Below are positions 32,917-44,012 of a stretch of DNA of 48,832 nucleotides, one piece after another (position 1 is the first letter of the stretch; each line of letters starts with the position of its first letter). The translations under genes were made by a program, and so were the position numbers. A model generated the notes under the pieces. The model did no database searches. It was not told where the DNA came from and was given only the letters and a program-made list of their open reading frames with translations. The stretch is from an uncultured Eubacteriales bacterium (GTDB taxonomy: Bacteria > Bacillota > Clostridia > Lachnospirales > CAYPQA01): positions 1-48,832 of the forward strand of contig CAYPQA010000002.1 in NCBI GenBank assembly GCA_964412725.1. The letters run 5' to 3'.

Positions 32917-32949
32917 AGGGGTGTATCCGACGATACACTCCTGTTTTTT
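32917..32949 (+). terminator. Intrinsic terminator after cdsA
   Basis: aggggtgtatc-cgac-gatacactcct followed by gtttttt. Confidence 0.75.
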
Positions 32950-33024
32950 ATATTGAGATTGTGTTAAGGAGTATAACAGACTTAAAAAATTTTACAGAAT
33001 TTGCATGAAATGGGGACTTAGATC

Positions 33025-34560
33025 ATGAGGGAAAAGCTGATTGTATTTGCGCTGCTGATTATTGGCGCATTGGTGGGGTTGGCGGGATTTATAACTCCGA
33101 AGATTGACACCTTGAGGGGTAATTATTCCATAGAGCAGGCTTGGGAATATCTTAGTGTGATTGCGGCCGAGCCTCGTCCGAACGGTTCAGAAAATAACCA
33201 GAAGGTTAGGAAGTTTATTATTGAAACCTTGGAGAAGGAAGACATAACGGCGGTTGAGTGTTCTCGAATAGTAGATAATCCGCGTGGAGAAAAGGTTAAT
33301 CTCCATAATATTTATGCGGACTTGGGTTTCGGAGGGGATGCGTCTGTTTTGTTTATGGCGCATTATGATTCATTTCTGGACAGTCCGGGTGCAGGCGATA
33401 ACGGTATGTCTGTGGCGTCTCTGCTTGAGGGCGCGACAAAGATTGTTAAAGACAGCGGTTATAAGACGAATATAAAGCTTTTGTTTACGGACGCTGAGGA
33501 GCTCGGGGCTATTGGTGCGAAGTCATTTACTGAGGAAATTGAAGGGTACCTTGATGATGTTGTGGCTGTTATAAATGTTGAAGGGTTTGGTAATGGGCCT
33601 GTGACTATTGTTGAGGGCGCAAACTTGTCCTCCGTTTATTTTGAAACCGCAAACAAACCGGTAGGCTATTCATCTGTTTCAGCACTGCCAAAGAAGTCTT
33701 TGAGGTTTGACACCGGTGCGTTTATGCCAAAATATCCAAGCATGACAATAGCTACAATTACCGGCTCAATGAACTATCATTCGCCTAGGGACAATATTAT
33801 TAATGCAAGCTATAAAAGCCAAGCACATAGCATAGATACGGTTTATTCTATGATGAAAAATATTGCAAGCATGGATAAGGCGCAGGTTTTGGAATTGATT
33901 AGCCGTAAGGATAAGGTGTTTTTTAATATTACATACGGTTTAAATGTTAGCTATCCTGAGGTTGCGGGTATTGTGATGGCTGGGTTGGCTGTTGTGCTGT
34001 TTTTTATCTGCGCTTTCAGAAATAGAAGCTATGATTTCTCTTTGCAGAAGGCTTTGGTCACTGTTTTGGGAACGGCTGTTGTTCCGGCTTTGTTCTACGC
34101 CCTTACTTGGGTTATGTTGCGTGTGTTCACTTTTTTGACATGGAACAAATTTATTCATCTTGCCTTTTATAAAAGAGGTGCGACATGGGTAAGCTTTGTT
34201 ATTATACTTATTGCATTGCCTGTTGTTTGCGTATACTTCAAAAAGCTACTTAAGTATGCGGGTTCGTCTGCAACGATTGCAATTGATTTCTTACTTGTTG
34301 GTTTAGGACTTGGGTTGTCTATTATTATGCCTGGTGGTGCTTATTTGCTATATGTGCCAATGATTTTTATTTCGGGGCTTAAGTTAATTGAAATAAAATT
34401 GCTTAATTCTGTCTCTGTGCTTGTTGTGGCTATAATTACTGCGCCGTTAATTTATCTTGGGATAACGGTTTTGGGCGCACAGGTTGTGACCTTGGCTTTG
34501 ATTTCTATTGTTATGATGTTTACAGTGTCGGTTTATACTGACGCTAAGAGGTGCTTATGA
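33025..34560 (+). CDS. M28 family metallopeptidase with C-terminal multi-pass membrane domain
   Basis: AHYDS, PGAGDNG, DAEELG, NVEG, YHSPRD metal-ligand motifs; about 7 C-terminal TM helices. Confidence 0.88.
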   Translation: MREKLIVFALLIIGALVGLAGFITPKIDTLRGNYSIEQAWEYLSVIAAEPRPNGSENNQKVRKFIIETLEKEDITAVECSRIVDNPRGEKVNLHNIYADLGFGGDASVLFMAHYDSFLDSPGAGDNGMSVASLLEGATKIVKDSGYKTNIKLLFTDAEELGAIGAKSFTEEIEGYLDDVVAVINVEGFGNGPVTIVEGANLSSVYFETANKPVGYSSVSALPKKSLRFDTGAFMPKYPSMTIATITGSMNYHSPRDNIINASYKSQAHSIDTVYSMMKNIASMDKAQVLELISRKDKVFFNITYGLNVSYPEVAGIVMAGLAVVLFFICAFRNRSYDFSLQKALVTVLGTAVVPALFYALTWVMLRVFTFLTWNKFIHLAFYKRGATWVSFVIILIALPVVCVYFKKLLKYAGSSATIAIDFLLVGLGLGLSIIMPGGAYLLYVPMIFISGLKLIEIKLLNSVSVLVVAIITAPLIYLGITVLGAQVVTLALISIVMMFTVSVYTDAKRCL

Positions 34561-35708
34561 AAAAAATAGATGTTTTCGGTTCGACAGGGTCTATAGGTAC
34601 ACAGGCCCTGTCGGTTATTCGGGAGTTGGGCTTTGAGGTTTCGTCGCTAGCCGCGCACTCTAATGTAAAGCTTTTGGAGGAACAAATAAGGTGTTTTAAA
34701 CCTAAGAATGCTGTGGTCTTTGATGAGGTTGCGGCTAGGGATTTGAAGGTTAGGGTTTCAGACATGCCTGTGCGCGTTAGTATGGGTATGGACGGGCTTT
34801 GTGAGGTTGCGGATAGCTCGGGCGCAGATGTATTTTTGAATGCGCTTTCAGGCTATGTTGGGTTGTTGCCCACGCTTTCGGCAATTGGTGCGCACAAGGA
34901 CATTGCGCTTGCAAACAAGGAAACTTTGGTTGCGGCAGGTGAATTGGTTACCTCAAGTGCGCGTGAGGCGGGTGTTAGGCTTTTGCCTGTGGACAGTGAG
35001 CATTCGGCTATATTTCAATGCTTGCAGGGCTATGAAAACCCTGTGTCTTGCATTTATCTTACCGCATCTGGCGGCCCATTCCGTGGTATGACCAAGCAGG
35101 ATATGGAGAACGTTACTTTAGAACAAGCCTTGAATCATCCTAATTGGAGCATGGGCAAGAAAATCACCATTGACTCTGCAAGCATGATGAACAAAGGGCT
35201 TGAAGTTATTGAAGCGCGTTGGCTTTTTGATTTGCCGGCGGACAAGATTAAGGTTGTTGTACATCCGCAGTCTGTTATTCATTCAATGGTGGAATACACG
35301 GACGGTGCGGTTATTGCTCAATTGGGAACGCCCGATATGCGCTTGCCTATCAGCTATGCACTTACATACCCCAAGAGGGTTTATGATGGGCAGAAGATAA
35401 ACTTTTTTGAACTCTCCAGCCTTACGTTTGAGGAGCCGGACGTTGAAAGCTTTCCTTGCCTCGCGTTGGCTTACAGGGCGCTTGAACTCGGCGGCTATTA
35501 CCCTGCCGTTATGAATGCGGCGAACGAGCTTGCTGTGTCTTTGTTTTTAAATGGAAAAATCGGGTTTTTGGATATACCCTTGCTTATAGAAAAAAGTATG
35601 CGTGCATACAATGTTAAAGACGTTAAAAAAATTGTCCTTGATGAGATTATTGATACCGAGCGTTTTGTGCGTGAGGCGTTTCTGTCTTTTGGACTTGAAT
35701 TGGAGTGA
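34557..35708 (+). CDS. dxr: 1-deoxy-D-xylulose 5-phosphate reductoisomerase
   Basis: GSTGSIG, LANKE, PVDSEHSA, HPNWSMG, NKGLEVIEA. Confidence 0.98.
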   Translation: MKKIDVFGSTGSIGTQALSVIRELGFEVSSLAAHSNVKLLEEQIRCFKPKNAVVFDEVAARDLKVRVSDMPVRVSMGMDGLCEVADSSGADVFLNALSGYVGLLPTLSAIGAHKDIALANKETLVAAGELVTSSAREAGVRLLPVDSEHSAIFQCLQGYENPVSCIYLTASGGPFRGMTKQDMENVTLEQALNHPNWSMGKKITIDSASMMNKGLEVIEARWLFDLPADKIKVVVHPQSVIHSMVEYTDGAVIAQLGTPDMRLPISYALTYPKRVYDGQKINFFELSSLTFEEPDVESFPCLALAYRALELGGYYPAVMNAANELAVSLFLNGKIGFLDIPLLIEKSMRAYNVKDVKKIVLDEIIDTERFVREAFLSFGLELE

Positions 35709-36781
35709 AAGTTTTGTCTATTTTAATTTCTGTTATTATCTTTGGCGCTATTGTTGTTATCCACGAGTTGGGTCACTTTTTTATGGCTAAACGGGGCGGT
35801 ATAACTGTGCTTGAATTTGCTGTTGGTATGGGGCCTAAGCTTTTTTCTATCAAAAGAGGGGAGACGGTTTATTCTATAAGGCTTTTCCCGATTGGCGGAT
35901 TTTGCTCTATGCTTGGCGATGACGTCGCTTCCAATGACCCTAACGCTTATAATAACAAGCCTGTTTTTGTGCGTTTCAAGGCTATAGCCGCGGGCGTGGT
36001 TATGAATTTCTTGCTTTCATTCGTTATTTTCACGGCTATTGCAAGTGTTATGGGCTTTGCATTGCCTGTTATCGGTGAGGTTATACCCGGATTTCCCGCA
36101 GAAACCGCCGGACTTATGCCGGGTGACAGGATTCTGTACATCAACGACACGAAGGTTAACATATACGATGATATCGGCATTGTTATGGCTATGGGGCGTG
36201 ATAAGGAAATTGACATTACGGTTAAGCGTGGAAAGGAAAGTTTCGTAAGACGTATTAAGCCTATGCTTGGCGATGAGGGCGCGTATCTTATTGGATTTGC
36301 ACCGCAAAAACGTTCACCGTTGATATCGGGTGTTTATGATGGGTTGAAGGGAAACCCAAGGGCCAGCATAATTGAGACGCTTAAGGTTGGCACGTTTGAG
36401 ATAGCTTTCTGGATTAAGTATATTGCACAAAGCCTTGTGAAGCTATTTACATTTAATGTTTCTCTTAGCGACATTTCAGGGCCTGTGGGTATTATTTCAT
36501 CTATCGGTGAGACTTATGAGGCTACGGCTTCAAAGGGTATCGCCACAATTATTATAAATATGGCTAACTTCCTTGCTATACTCAGCGCAAATCTCGGTGT
36601 GTTTAACCTTTTGCCGCTTCCTGCACTTGACGGCGGGCGCTTGGTGTTCTTGATTATCGAAGCCATACGCAGAAAGCCCATACCCGCAGACAAGGAAGGT
36701 CTTATCCATATGGTTGGGTTTGTTGCGCTTATAGGTTTTGCAATTTTCGTTGCGTTTAATGATATTTTAAGACTTTTATGA
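35705..36781 (+). CDS. rseP: RIP metalloprotease RseP
   Basis: HELGH, PIGGFC, PDZ domain, NLLPLPALDGG. Confidence 0.96.
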   Translation: MKVLSILISVIIFGAIVVIHELGHFFMAKRGGITVLEFAVGMGPKLFSIKRGETVYSIRLFPIGGFCSMLGDDVASNDPNAYNNKPVFVRFKAIAAGVVMNFLLSFVIFTAIASVMGFALPVIGEVIPGFPAETAGLMPGDRILYINDTKVNIYDDIGIVMAMGRDKEIDITVKRGKESFVRRIKPMLGDEGAYLIGFAPQKRSPLISGVYDGLKGNPRASIIETLKVGTFEIAFWIKYIAQSLVKLFTFNVSLSDISGPVGIISSIGETYEATASKGIATIIINMANFLAILSANLGVFNLLPLPALDGGRLVFLIIEAIRRKPIPADKEGLIHMVGFVALIGFAIFVAFNDILRLL

Positions 36782-39129
36782 AGCGGTTTTGTATTTCTGT
36801 AAGAGAGCTTGTTGAATTCACGGAGCGAAGCGGAAGTATTATGCCCGGTTCGGGTCCGGTTGGACTTAAGCGTGCGCAAGAGGGTGTTGTGGTTCATGGA
36901 CGCGTTCAGAGGGAGCGCAAAGATTTATATAAATCCGTTGGGCTTGTTTATGAGAGCGAGGTTTCACTTAAGGTTCGCCACGTTTATGATGAGTTTGAAT
37001 ATGTCATAGACGGCCGCGCGGACGGCTTGATAAACGATGACACAGGAGATGTCTTGAAGATTATTCTTGAGGAGATAAAGACAACCAACATCCCTCTAAC
37101 CGATATAAACCCGCCCGCAGAGCATATTGCGCAGGCCAAGTGTTACGCTTATATGGCTTGCGTTTTGAGGAATGCGAACGAGGCTGTTATAAAGCTTTTA
37201 TATATAAACGAAGATGAAGAACGTGTTTTTGAAGAAAACGCAAGCAAAGATGACTTGCTTGCGTTTTTTGAGGGAATAATTAGGAAGTACCATGCTTTTG
37301 CAGCTCTACAGGCTAGGAATGAAGGTCAAAGGCTTGAAAGTGCAAAGAGGCTTGAATTCCCGTTTGGAAGTTACCGTGCAAGCCAGCGAGAGTTGGCTGT
37401 GTCTGTTTATGGGGCTATCAAGCGGCGTAAGAAGCTGTTTGTGCAGGCACCAACAGGTACGGGTAAGACTATCTCAACGTTGTTTCCGGCTGTAAAGGCT
37501 ATGGGTGAAGGGCTCGTTAATAAGGTCTTTGTGCTTACAGCGAAGGGCATTACAAGAGAGGTCACCGAGAATGCGTTCTTGATGATGCATGAACGCGGGC
37601 TTCAGGTTCGGTTTTTGACCATGATTGCAAAGGACAAGATTTGTTTCACAGGTACATTGGACTGCGATGCGGAATATTGCGAATATGCACGAGGGCATTA
37701 CGACCGCATTAACGAGGCTGTTTTGGACATCGTGGAGAATGAAAACTGCATAAACCGTGCCAAAATAGAACGCTATGCAAGAAAGTACATGGTTTGCCCA
37801 CATGAGTATTCATTGGATGTGTCATTATTCTGCGAGATTATTGTCTGCGACTTCAATCACGTCTACAATCCTACCGCGCGAATCAAGCGATTCTTCGGCG
37901 AAATAGGCTCAAAAACAAGCTTGTCCGCTGTGCTTTTGCATGACGAAGCGCATAATTTATTTGAGCGTGCAAGGGATATGTTTTCATCCCAGCTTTGCGT
38001 TCAGGACTTTTCAGAGCTTTTAAAGATTTTTCCGCGGCAGTACAAGCGGCGGCGCATTTATAACTATACATCAGATTTGGTTGTGTACTTGGACAAGATT
38101 TCAGGTACATCACATACCGAAACCGTTCCAACGGATTTTTGCGAATTGCTTTCGGACTTCAAGCTTCAAATTGAAGATTGGTTCAACGAGAATGCGAAGC
38201 TTAAACAGAAACGCAAGAGTTTGTTTGGGGAGATTCTGACCGAGGTTTATTTCAAGGTTTCGGACTTTTTACGCACAAGGGTGTTTTTTGACGAGCGGTA
38301 TGTGGTTTATTATGAGGACAAGCTTTGCAAACTGCTCTGCCTTGATCCTTCCTATCTGCTTGCGCAAGCACAGGCGCAGGTTACGTCCTCTGTGTTCTTT
38401 TCCGCAACGCTTTCCCCTTTGGCATATTACCGCGAAACCTTGGGCGGTTCTGTGGAGGATTTGTGTCTTGCGCTACCATCTCCATTTTCACCGAGCCAGA
38501 CAGAGCTTTTTATAAATCCCTATATATCCACGAAGTACAAGGAACGCGCGGCAAGCTACAAGCCTATTGCGGATTGTATCCGCGACTTTGTGGCGCAGAG
38601 GATTGGAAATTATCTTGTATTTTTCTCATCTTACGAATATATGAACAACTGCTTGGACGTTTATGAGGGTGACGAGCGTATAATCGTTCAGGAGCAGAGC
38701 ATGAATGAGGAAGAACGCGTGGAGTTCTTGCAGGACTTCGACTTAGCGTCGACACAGGAACGCTCACTCGTGGGCTTTGCGGTTCTGGGCGGCTCATTCT
38801 CAGAGGGCATTGACTTGACCGGCGAGCGCTTAATTGGCGTTGTAATCGTTGGTGTTGGTCTGCCCGCGGTTACTTACGAAAGAAATCTCTTATGCAGTTA
38901 TTACGACAATGCAAAAAAGCCCGGATTTGACTTTGCTTATGTATATCCGGGATTTAACAAAGTTATGCAAGCAATCGGACGGCTTATCCGTACCGAAAAC
39001 GACACAGGTCGCGTTCTTTTAATAGACAAACGCTATGCTGAAAACCAATACAGTACACTTTTACGGAGGTCAATATGTGCGGATTTTGTGGGTTTACATC
39101 CGACAAACGCTTTAACTCGGACGTTATAA
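36778..39129 (+). CDS. DinG/XPD (Rad3) family Fe-S helicase with N-terminal PD-(D/E)XK nuclease domain
   Basis: GRADG...EEIKT...QAKCYA nuclease motifs; QAPTGTGKT; Fe-S cysteines (KIC...C...C...CPHE); DEAH; SATL; QAIGRLIR. Confidence 0.9.
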   Translation: MKRFCISVRELVEFTERSGSIMPGSGPVGLKRAQEGVVVHGRVQRERKDLYKSVGLVYESEVSLKVRHVYDEFEYVIDGRADGLINDDTGDVLKIILEEIKTTNIPLTDINPPAEHIAQAKCYAYMACVLRNANEAVIKLLYINEDEERVFEENASKDDLLAFFEGIIRKYHAFAALQARNEGQRLESAKRLEFPFGSYRASQRELAVSVYGAIKRRKKLFVQAPTGTGKTISTLFPAVKAMGEGLVNKVFVLTAKGITREVTENAFLMMHERGLQVRFLTMIAKDKICFTGTLDCDAEYCEYARGHYDRINEAVLDIVENENCINRAKIERYARKYMVCPHEYSLDVSLFCEIIVCDFNHVYNPTARIKRFFGEIGSKTSLSAVLLHDEAHNLFERARDMFSSQLCVQDFSELLKIFPRQYKRRRIYNYTSDLVVYLDKISGTSHTETVPTDFCELLSDFKLQIEDWFNENAKLKQKRKSLFGEILTEVYFKVSDFLRTRVFFDERYVVYYEDKLCKLLCLDPSYLLAQAQAQVTSSVFFSATLSPLAYYRETLGGSVEDLCLALPSPFSPSQTELFINPYISTKYKERAASYKPIADCIRDFVAQRIGNYLVFFSSYEYMNNCLDVYEGDERIIVQEQSMNEEERVEFLQDFDLASTQERSLVGFAVLGGSFSEGIDLTGERLIGVVIVGVGLPAVTYERNLLCSYYDNAKKPGFDFAYVYPGFNKVMQAIGRLIRTENDTGRVLLIDKRYAENQYSTLLRRSICADFVGLHPTNALTRTL

Positions 39130-40922
39130 AGGAAATGATGGACAGGATTATTCACAGAGGGCCGGATTCGGACGGGGTTTTTGAATCGGAACGGGTATCT
39201 TTAGGCTTTCGTCGGTTGTCCTTCATAGACTTGGAGAAAGGCGGCCAGCCTATATTCAACGAGGATGAAAGCCTTGTCATTGTCTTTAACGGCGAGATTT
39301 ATAATTACAGGAGCCTTCGCGAAGAACTTGTACTTAAGGGACATGTGTTTAGAACCCACGCAGATACAGAGGTTGTTCTTCATCTTTATGAGGAAATTGG
39401 CGTAAGGATTTTTGAGCGACTGCGCGGGATGTTTGCGTTTGTTATCTATGACAGGAATAAGGACGAGGTTTTTGCGGCTCGTGACTTTTTTGGCATAAAG
39501 CCGTTTTATTATACAGAAATTGACGGAGCATTGGTTTTTGGCTCTGAAATAAAAAGTATTTTGGCTTATGGGGACAAGCTTGGAAAAAATATGCGCCGTG
39601 TGAACAGACAAGCCTTGGAGCATTACCTAAGCTTTCAATATTCTGTACTGCCTGAGACTTTTTTTGAAGGTATCTACAAGCTTATGCCAGGCAATTATAT
39701 GATGTTTAAGGACGGTAAGCTTAAAATCCGTCGCTATTTCAGCGTGGACTTCGAGGAAAAGGCTATGACCGAGGACGAGGCCGTAGAGCGCATTGAGGCC
39801 GTTGTAAAGGACTCTGTGGAGATGCATAAGATAAGCGACGTTGAGGTTGGCTCGTTTCTGTCAAGCGGCGTTGATTCAAGCTTCATAGCATCATTGTTTG
39901 GAGGCAACAAGACGTTTACAGTCGGCTTTGATTACGACAACTACAACGAAATAAGCTATGCCAAAACCCTGTCCGACAGCATTGGTATGGAAAACATCTC
40001 AAAGACGATAACAACCGACGAATACTGGGGTGCGCTTAAGGACGTTATCTATCATATGGACGAGCCTTTGGCCGACCCGTCTGCGGTTGCACTGTATTTT
40101 GTGAGCCAAACAGCCTCAAAGCATGTTAAGGCTGCGCTTTCAGGAGAGGGAGCGGACGAATTTTTCGGCGGTTACAACATCTACAGGGAACCTATCTCTC
40201 TGCGTGCGCTTACAAGGTTGCCAAAGCCTATAAGGAAATTGCTTGGCACGCTTGCATCGTTGATACCGTTTGACATTAGAGGCAAGAACTTTTTCATACG
40301 CGGCAGTAAGGACGTTTCAGAACGTTTCATAGGTAATGCGCATATCTTTACAAAAAAAGAAAGAGATAAGATTTTGAAGCAATCAACCTGTGTGTCTGCA
40401 CATGAGCTTTTGCAACCACTGTATGAACAGGCACAAGCGTATGACGACATAACCAAGATGCAGTATGTGGACATACACACTTGGCTTTTGGGTGACATCT
40501 TGCTTAAGGCCGACAAGATGAGCATGGCAAATTCATTGGAGGTTCGCGTCCCGTTGATTGATAGAGAAGTCTTTGCGCTTGCAAGAACCTTGCCTCTTAA
40601 TCTGCGTGTTGGGGAACAAACAAAGCTTGCTTTCAGAAAAGCCGCAAACAAACACTTACCCAAGGCTGTTGCGGAGAAGAAAAAACTTGGATTCCCCGTG
40701 CCCATACGCGTCTGGCTTAGAGAGGACAAGTACGCATCTATCGTAAGGATGGCATTTCAAAGTAAGGCAGCAGAGGAGTTTTTTGACACAAGCAAGCTTA
40801 TAAAGCTTTTAGACCAACACAAATCCGGCAAAAAGGACAACAGTCGTAAGATTTGGACAGTTTATATCTTCCTTTTGTGGCATAGTATTTTTATAGGAGG
40901 TACCTATGAAAAAAGAAAATAA
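39075..40922 (+). CDS. asnB: Asparagine synthase (glutamine-hydrolysing) family amidotransferase
   Basis: N-terminal [35 protein letters not shown]; GGAGG RBS. Confidence 0.95.
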   Translation: MCGFCGFTSDKRFNSDVIKEMMDRIIHRGPDSDGVFESERVSLGFRRLSFIDLEKGGQPIFNEDESLVIVFNGEIYNYRSLREELVLKGHVFRTHADTEVVLHLYEEIGVRIFERLRGMFAFVIYDRNKDEVFAARDFFGIKPFYYTEIDGALVFGSEIKSILAYGDKLGKNMRRVNRQALEHYLSFQYSVLPETFFEGIYKLMPGNYMMFKDGKLKIRRYFSVDFEEKAMTEDEAVERIEAVVKDSVEMHKISDVEVGSFLSSGVDSSFIASLFGGNKTFTVGFDYDNYNEISYAKTLSDSIGMENISKTITTDEYWGALKDVIYHMDEPLADPSAVALYFVSQTASKHVKAALSGEGADEFFGGYNIYREPISLRALTRLPKPIRKLLGTLASLIPFDIRGKNFFIRGSKDVSERFIGNAHIFTKKERDKILKQSTCVSAHELLQPLYEQAQAYDDITKMQYVDIHTWLLGDILLKADKMSMANSLEVRVPLIDREVFALARTLPLNLRVGEQTKLAFRKAANKHLPKAVAEKKKLGFPVPIRVWLREDKYASIVRMAFQSKAAEEFFDTSKLIKLLDQHKSGKKDNSRKIWTVYIFLLWHSIFIGGTYEKRK

Positions 40923-43539
40923 TCCCCTCGTTTTGGAGGCCGTTTGCATCTTTGTCATTGCATTATCATTGTTCTTGGGCTTTTGCGTCTATACACAGGA
41001 TTTGGCGGGCATTTTGGGCATTATATTTGGAAGCTTCCTACGCGGGCTTTTTGGCATAGGCGCTTATATTCTGCCCTTTGTTGCGTCCGTATTGTCTGTC
41101 TATATCCTTATGAAAACCTCAAAAAAGATACCAACCTTTAAGATTGTATTTTCTATTCTATTGTTCTTTTCCATTGTAAACCTTGCTGGCGTTGTGGGTC
41201 ACGGCAAGGATGTTAACTATGCACGTTTTACGGATTATATAGCTTCAACCTACGGCGGCGGCTCGTTTAAAAATGGCGGGCTTGTTGGCGGTATTGTTGC
41301 AGATTTTTTAATTAATCTTGTGGGCAAGCCCGGTGCTTACATACTTCTTACCGCATTGCTGATTGCATCTATTGTGCTTGTTTCGGGACATTCATTCTTT
41401 GCGTTGGTTTCAAAGGTTTCACGTTACATAAAGAGTGTTTCGCGGGGTATAGAACCCGAAGAAGAAAAGGTTTCTGAAAGAAAGCGCAAAGCTCCTGAGC
41501 TTAAAGCTTCAACTGCTCAAGTAAAATCTGCTGCACAAGCTGTGACGGATAAACCATCGGCAACTAAAGCAGCTGCAACTAAAATAGTTGCAATTAAAAC
41601 AGTTGCAGCCAAGTCTGCTGTGGTTAAACCTGATGAGGATAAGGTCATAGAGGAGGAATTACCAGACGAGGAGATTGGGGAAGAGTCAACAGAGAGGTTT
41701 TTTCTTAAGCCTAAGTCAAAGAAATCCAAGCATTTTAAGAATTCTAAACAGGTTGCGGCAGAACGGCTTGCTGCGGCAAAAGAGCTTGCAGAAAAGCTTG
41801 AAATCAAAGAACGTCCGAAGGATTACGAACCCAAACGCGTTTTGCTTATAAACGAGGAGATTTTGGGAATTGAAGAGCCACCTGAAGAACCCAAGGAAGA
41901 AGAATTAAATGAAGTGCAAGACATCGATACATCTGAGTGCGAAGACTGCGTATTGGCTGATGAAACCGAACCGGAAGACGGTTATGAGCAGGGAGAATTT
42001 AAAGACGGCATAGATGACGAAGATGACAGCGATGAAATTTCAGAGGAATATAAAGAATATGAAGAAAACGAAGATTATGATGAGGAAGGGGAATTTGAGG
42101 AATTCGAGGACTATGAGGGTTATGAGGGTTATGAATTCCCACCAATTGACTTCTTGACAGAAAACCCAAACCAACCGTCGATGGACACAAAGGCACAGCT
42201 TTTGGAGAACTCTGCAAAGCTTGAGGAAACCTTGGCAAGCTTCGGGGTTTCCGCAAAGGTTGTTGAGGTTAGTAGCGGCCCTACGGTTACGCGCTACGAG
42301 CTTTCGCCGGGAGCGGGCGTTAAGGTGAGCCGTATATCAGGGCTTGCGGACGACTTGGCGTTGAGCCTTGCGGCTACAGGCATAAGAATTGAGGCACCAA
42401 TACCGGGAAAATCTGCTGTAGGCATAGAGATTCCGAACAAGGAAATTATGCCGGTTTATTTGCGTGACTGTATTGACGACGATACCTTCATTGCATTTCC
42501 GTCCAAACTGGCTTTTGCGCTCGGAAAGGACATATCCGGTAATACAGTTGTTGCAGACATTGCACGTATGCCTCACTTGCTTATTGCAGGTGCAACAGGC
42601 TCCGGCAAGAGCGTTTGTATAAACACGCTCATAATGAGCATTATTTATAAATCACGTCCGGACGAGGTCAAGCTTTTGATGATTGACCCAAAGGTTGTGG
42701 AATTAAGCGTTTACAACGGAATACCGCACCTGCTTATTCCGGTTGTCACAGATCCGAAAAAGGCCGCAGGCGCATTAAGCTGGGCGGTTAATGAGATGGT
42801 TGAGCGTTATAATTGTTTTGCAGAGACCTCATGCAGAGATTTGAACAGCTACAACGCTCACAGAATTGAAAACGGCGAAAATCCTCTGCCTCAGATTGTT
42901 ATTATCATAGATGAATTGGCTGACTTGATGATGGCCGCACCGGGTGACGTTGAAGGCGCAATATGCCGCCTTGCGCAGATGGCAAGAGCCGCTGGCTTGC
43001 ATCTTATCATAGCCACTCAACGCCCGTCTGTTGACGTTATAACGGGCTTGATTAAGGCCAATGTGCCGTCACGTCTTGCTTTCGCTGTATCGTCTGGTAC
43101 GGATTCAAGGACTATTTTAGATATGGTTGGTGCAGAAAGGCTTATGGGCAAAGGCGATATGCTTTTCTCACCCGTGGGAATAAGCAAGCCTCAACGTATA
43201 CAAGGTGCGTTCATCTCCGACAAAGAGGTTGAAAGCATAGTTCAATTCCTGAAACAGGGACACAAGCCCGTCTATGACCAGAGTATAATTGACAACATCT
43301 CAGCATCGTCAGGTGCTCCTATCATCGAGGGCGAGGTTGACCCATTGTTTGATGAATGCGTAAGGTTTGTTATCTCAAAAGAACGCGCGTCTGCTTCAAT
43401 GATACAACGCCAATTCAGGCTCGGATACAACAGGGCTTCAAGAATCATAGACGATATGGAGCTTAGGCGCATTGTAGGCCCTGAGGATGGCAGCAAGCCA
43501 AGGAAGGTTCTTGTGAAACATTGGGATGGAATCAAGTGA
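40906..43539 (+). CDS. ftsK: DNA translocase FtsK/SpoIIIE
   Basis: N-terminal TM domain, low-complexity linker, [32 protein letters not shown], gamma domain GYNRASR. Confidence 0.97.
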   Translation: MKKENNPLVLEAVCIFVIALSLFLGFCVYTQDLAGILGIIFGSFLRGLFGIGAYILPFVASVLSVYILMKTSKKIPTFKIVFSILLFFSIVNLAGVVGHGKDVNYARFTDYIASTYGGGSFKNGGLVGGIVADFLINLVGKPGAYILLTALLIASIVLVSGHSFFALVSKVSRYIKSVSRGIEPEEEKVSERKRKAPELKASTAQVKSAAQAVTDKPSATKAAATKIVAIKTVAAKSAVVKPDEDKVIEEELPDEEIGEESTERFFLKPKSKKSKHFKNSKQVAAERLAAAKELAEKLEIKERPKDYEPKRVLLINEEILGIEEPPEEPKEEELNEVQDIDTSECEDCVLADETEPEDGYEQGEFKDGIDDEDDSDEISEEYKEYEENEDYDEEGEFEEFEDYEGYEGYEFPPIDFLTENPNQPSMDTKAQLLENSAKLEETLASFGVSAKVVEVSSGPTVTRYELSPGAGVKVSRISGLADDLALSLAATGIRIEAPIPGKSAVGIEIPNKEIMPVYLRDCIDDDTFIAFPSKLAFALGKDISGNTVVADIARMPHLLIAGATGSGKSVCINTLIMSIIYKSRPDEVKLLMIDPKVVELSVYNGIPHLLIPVVTDPKKAAGALSWAVNEMVERYNCFAETSCRDLNSYNAHRIENGENPLPQIVIIIDELADLMMAAPGDVEGAICRLAQMARAAGLHLIIATQRPSVDVITGLIKANVPSRLAFAVSSGTDSRTILDMVGAERLMGKGDMLFSPVGISKPQRIQGAFISDKEVESIVQFLKQGHKPVYDQSIIDNISASSGAPIIEGEVDPLFDECVRFVISKERASASMIQRQFRLGYNRASRIIDDMELRRIVGPEDGSKPRKVLVKHWDGIK
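41560..41619 (+). repeat. Degenerate 15-bp tandem repeat (x4) in the ftsK linker
   Basis: gcaactaaagcagct gcaactaaaatagtt gcaattaaaacagtt gcagccaagtctgct. Confidence 0.65.
42043..42135 (+). repeat. Degenerate 9-bp tandem repeat encoding acidic E-x-Y/F triplets in the ftsK linker
   Basis: gaggaatat aaagaatat ... gaggactat gagggttat gagggttat. Confidence 0.65.
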
Positions 43540-43583
43540 TTTCATTAATACCAAGAGGTTGCCAATTTTAAGTGGGGTAAATT

Positions 43584-44012
43584 ATGTTATTTGCAAATAT
43601 GATTGATTTCAAAAGAGGATTTAAAAATCACTTTCAGGCATACAAGTATTTAGAAAATAAAGTCAGTGATGCAAGTAAGGATTTAATTTTATGCTATTGC
43701 GTGGAGTGCGGATTGAAATATTTATATCTACAAAAACTTAAAATTCATGAATTTGAAAAACTGAGTGATGATCAGAAAGGTAAAATAAAAACGCACAATA
43801 TAGAAAGTTTGATTAAGCTTGCGCAAGTTTCCGGTAGTTACGAATTTGGCCATTTTAAGACTACACATGGTCAAACTGTGACTTCGGGTGATTATCACGA
43901 GCTATGCAGATATTGTATACCCGTTAAGTATGAAGCAGAAAATCCAAAAGTTAAGAAATTCAAGACAAGCTTGATAAAGTTGGCTTTGTGGCTGAGCGAA
44001 AGGGTGGTATGA
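43584..44012 (+). CDS. HEPN-like domain protein
   Basis: Helical 142-aa protein with YCVECGLK, THNIESL and LCRY, resembling the ExxLK / HxL / RY motifs of Pfam HEPN. Confidence 0.65.
   Translation: MLFANMIDFKRGFKNHFQAYKYLENKVSDASKDLILCYCVECGLKYLYLQKLKIHEFEKLSDDQKGKIKTHNIESLIKLAQVSGSYEFGHFKTTHGQTVTSGDYHELCRYCIPVKYEAENPKVKKFKTSLIKLALWLSERVV

Noticed and set aside
36778-37320. Cas4-like nuclease domain as evidence of a CRISPR-Cas locus
   Set aside because: No repeat-spacer array or other cas genes in the window; the domain is part of a common nuclease-helicase fusion.
41415-41430. parS-like sequence GGTTTCACGTTACATA in ftsK
   Set aside because: Only 12/16 to the parS consensus with a broken palindrome; likely chance.
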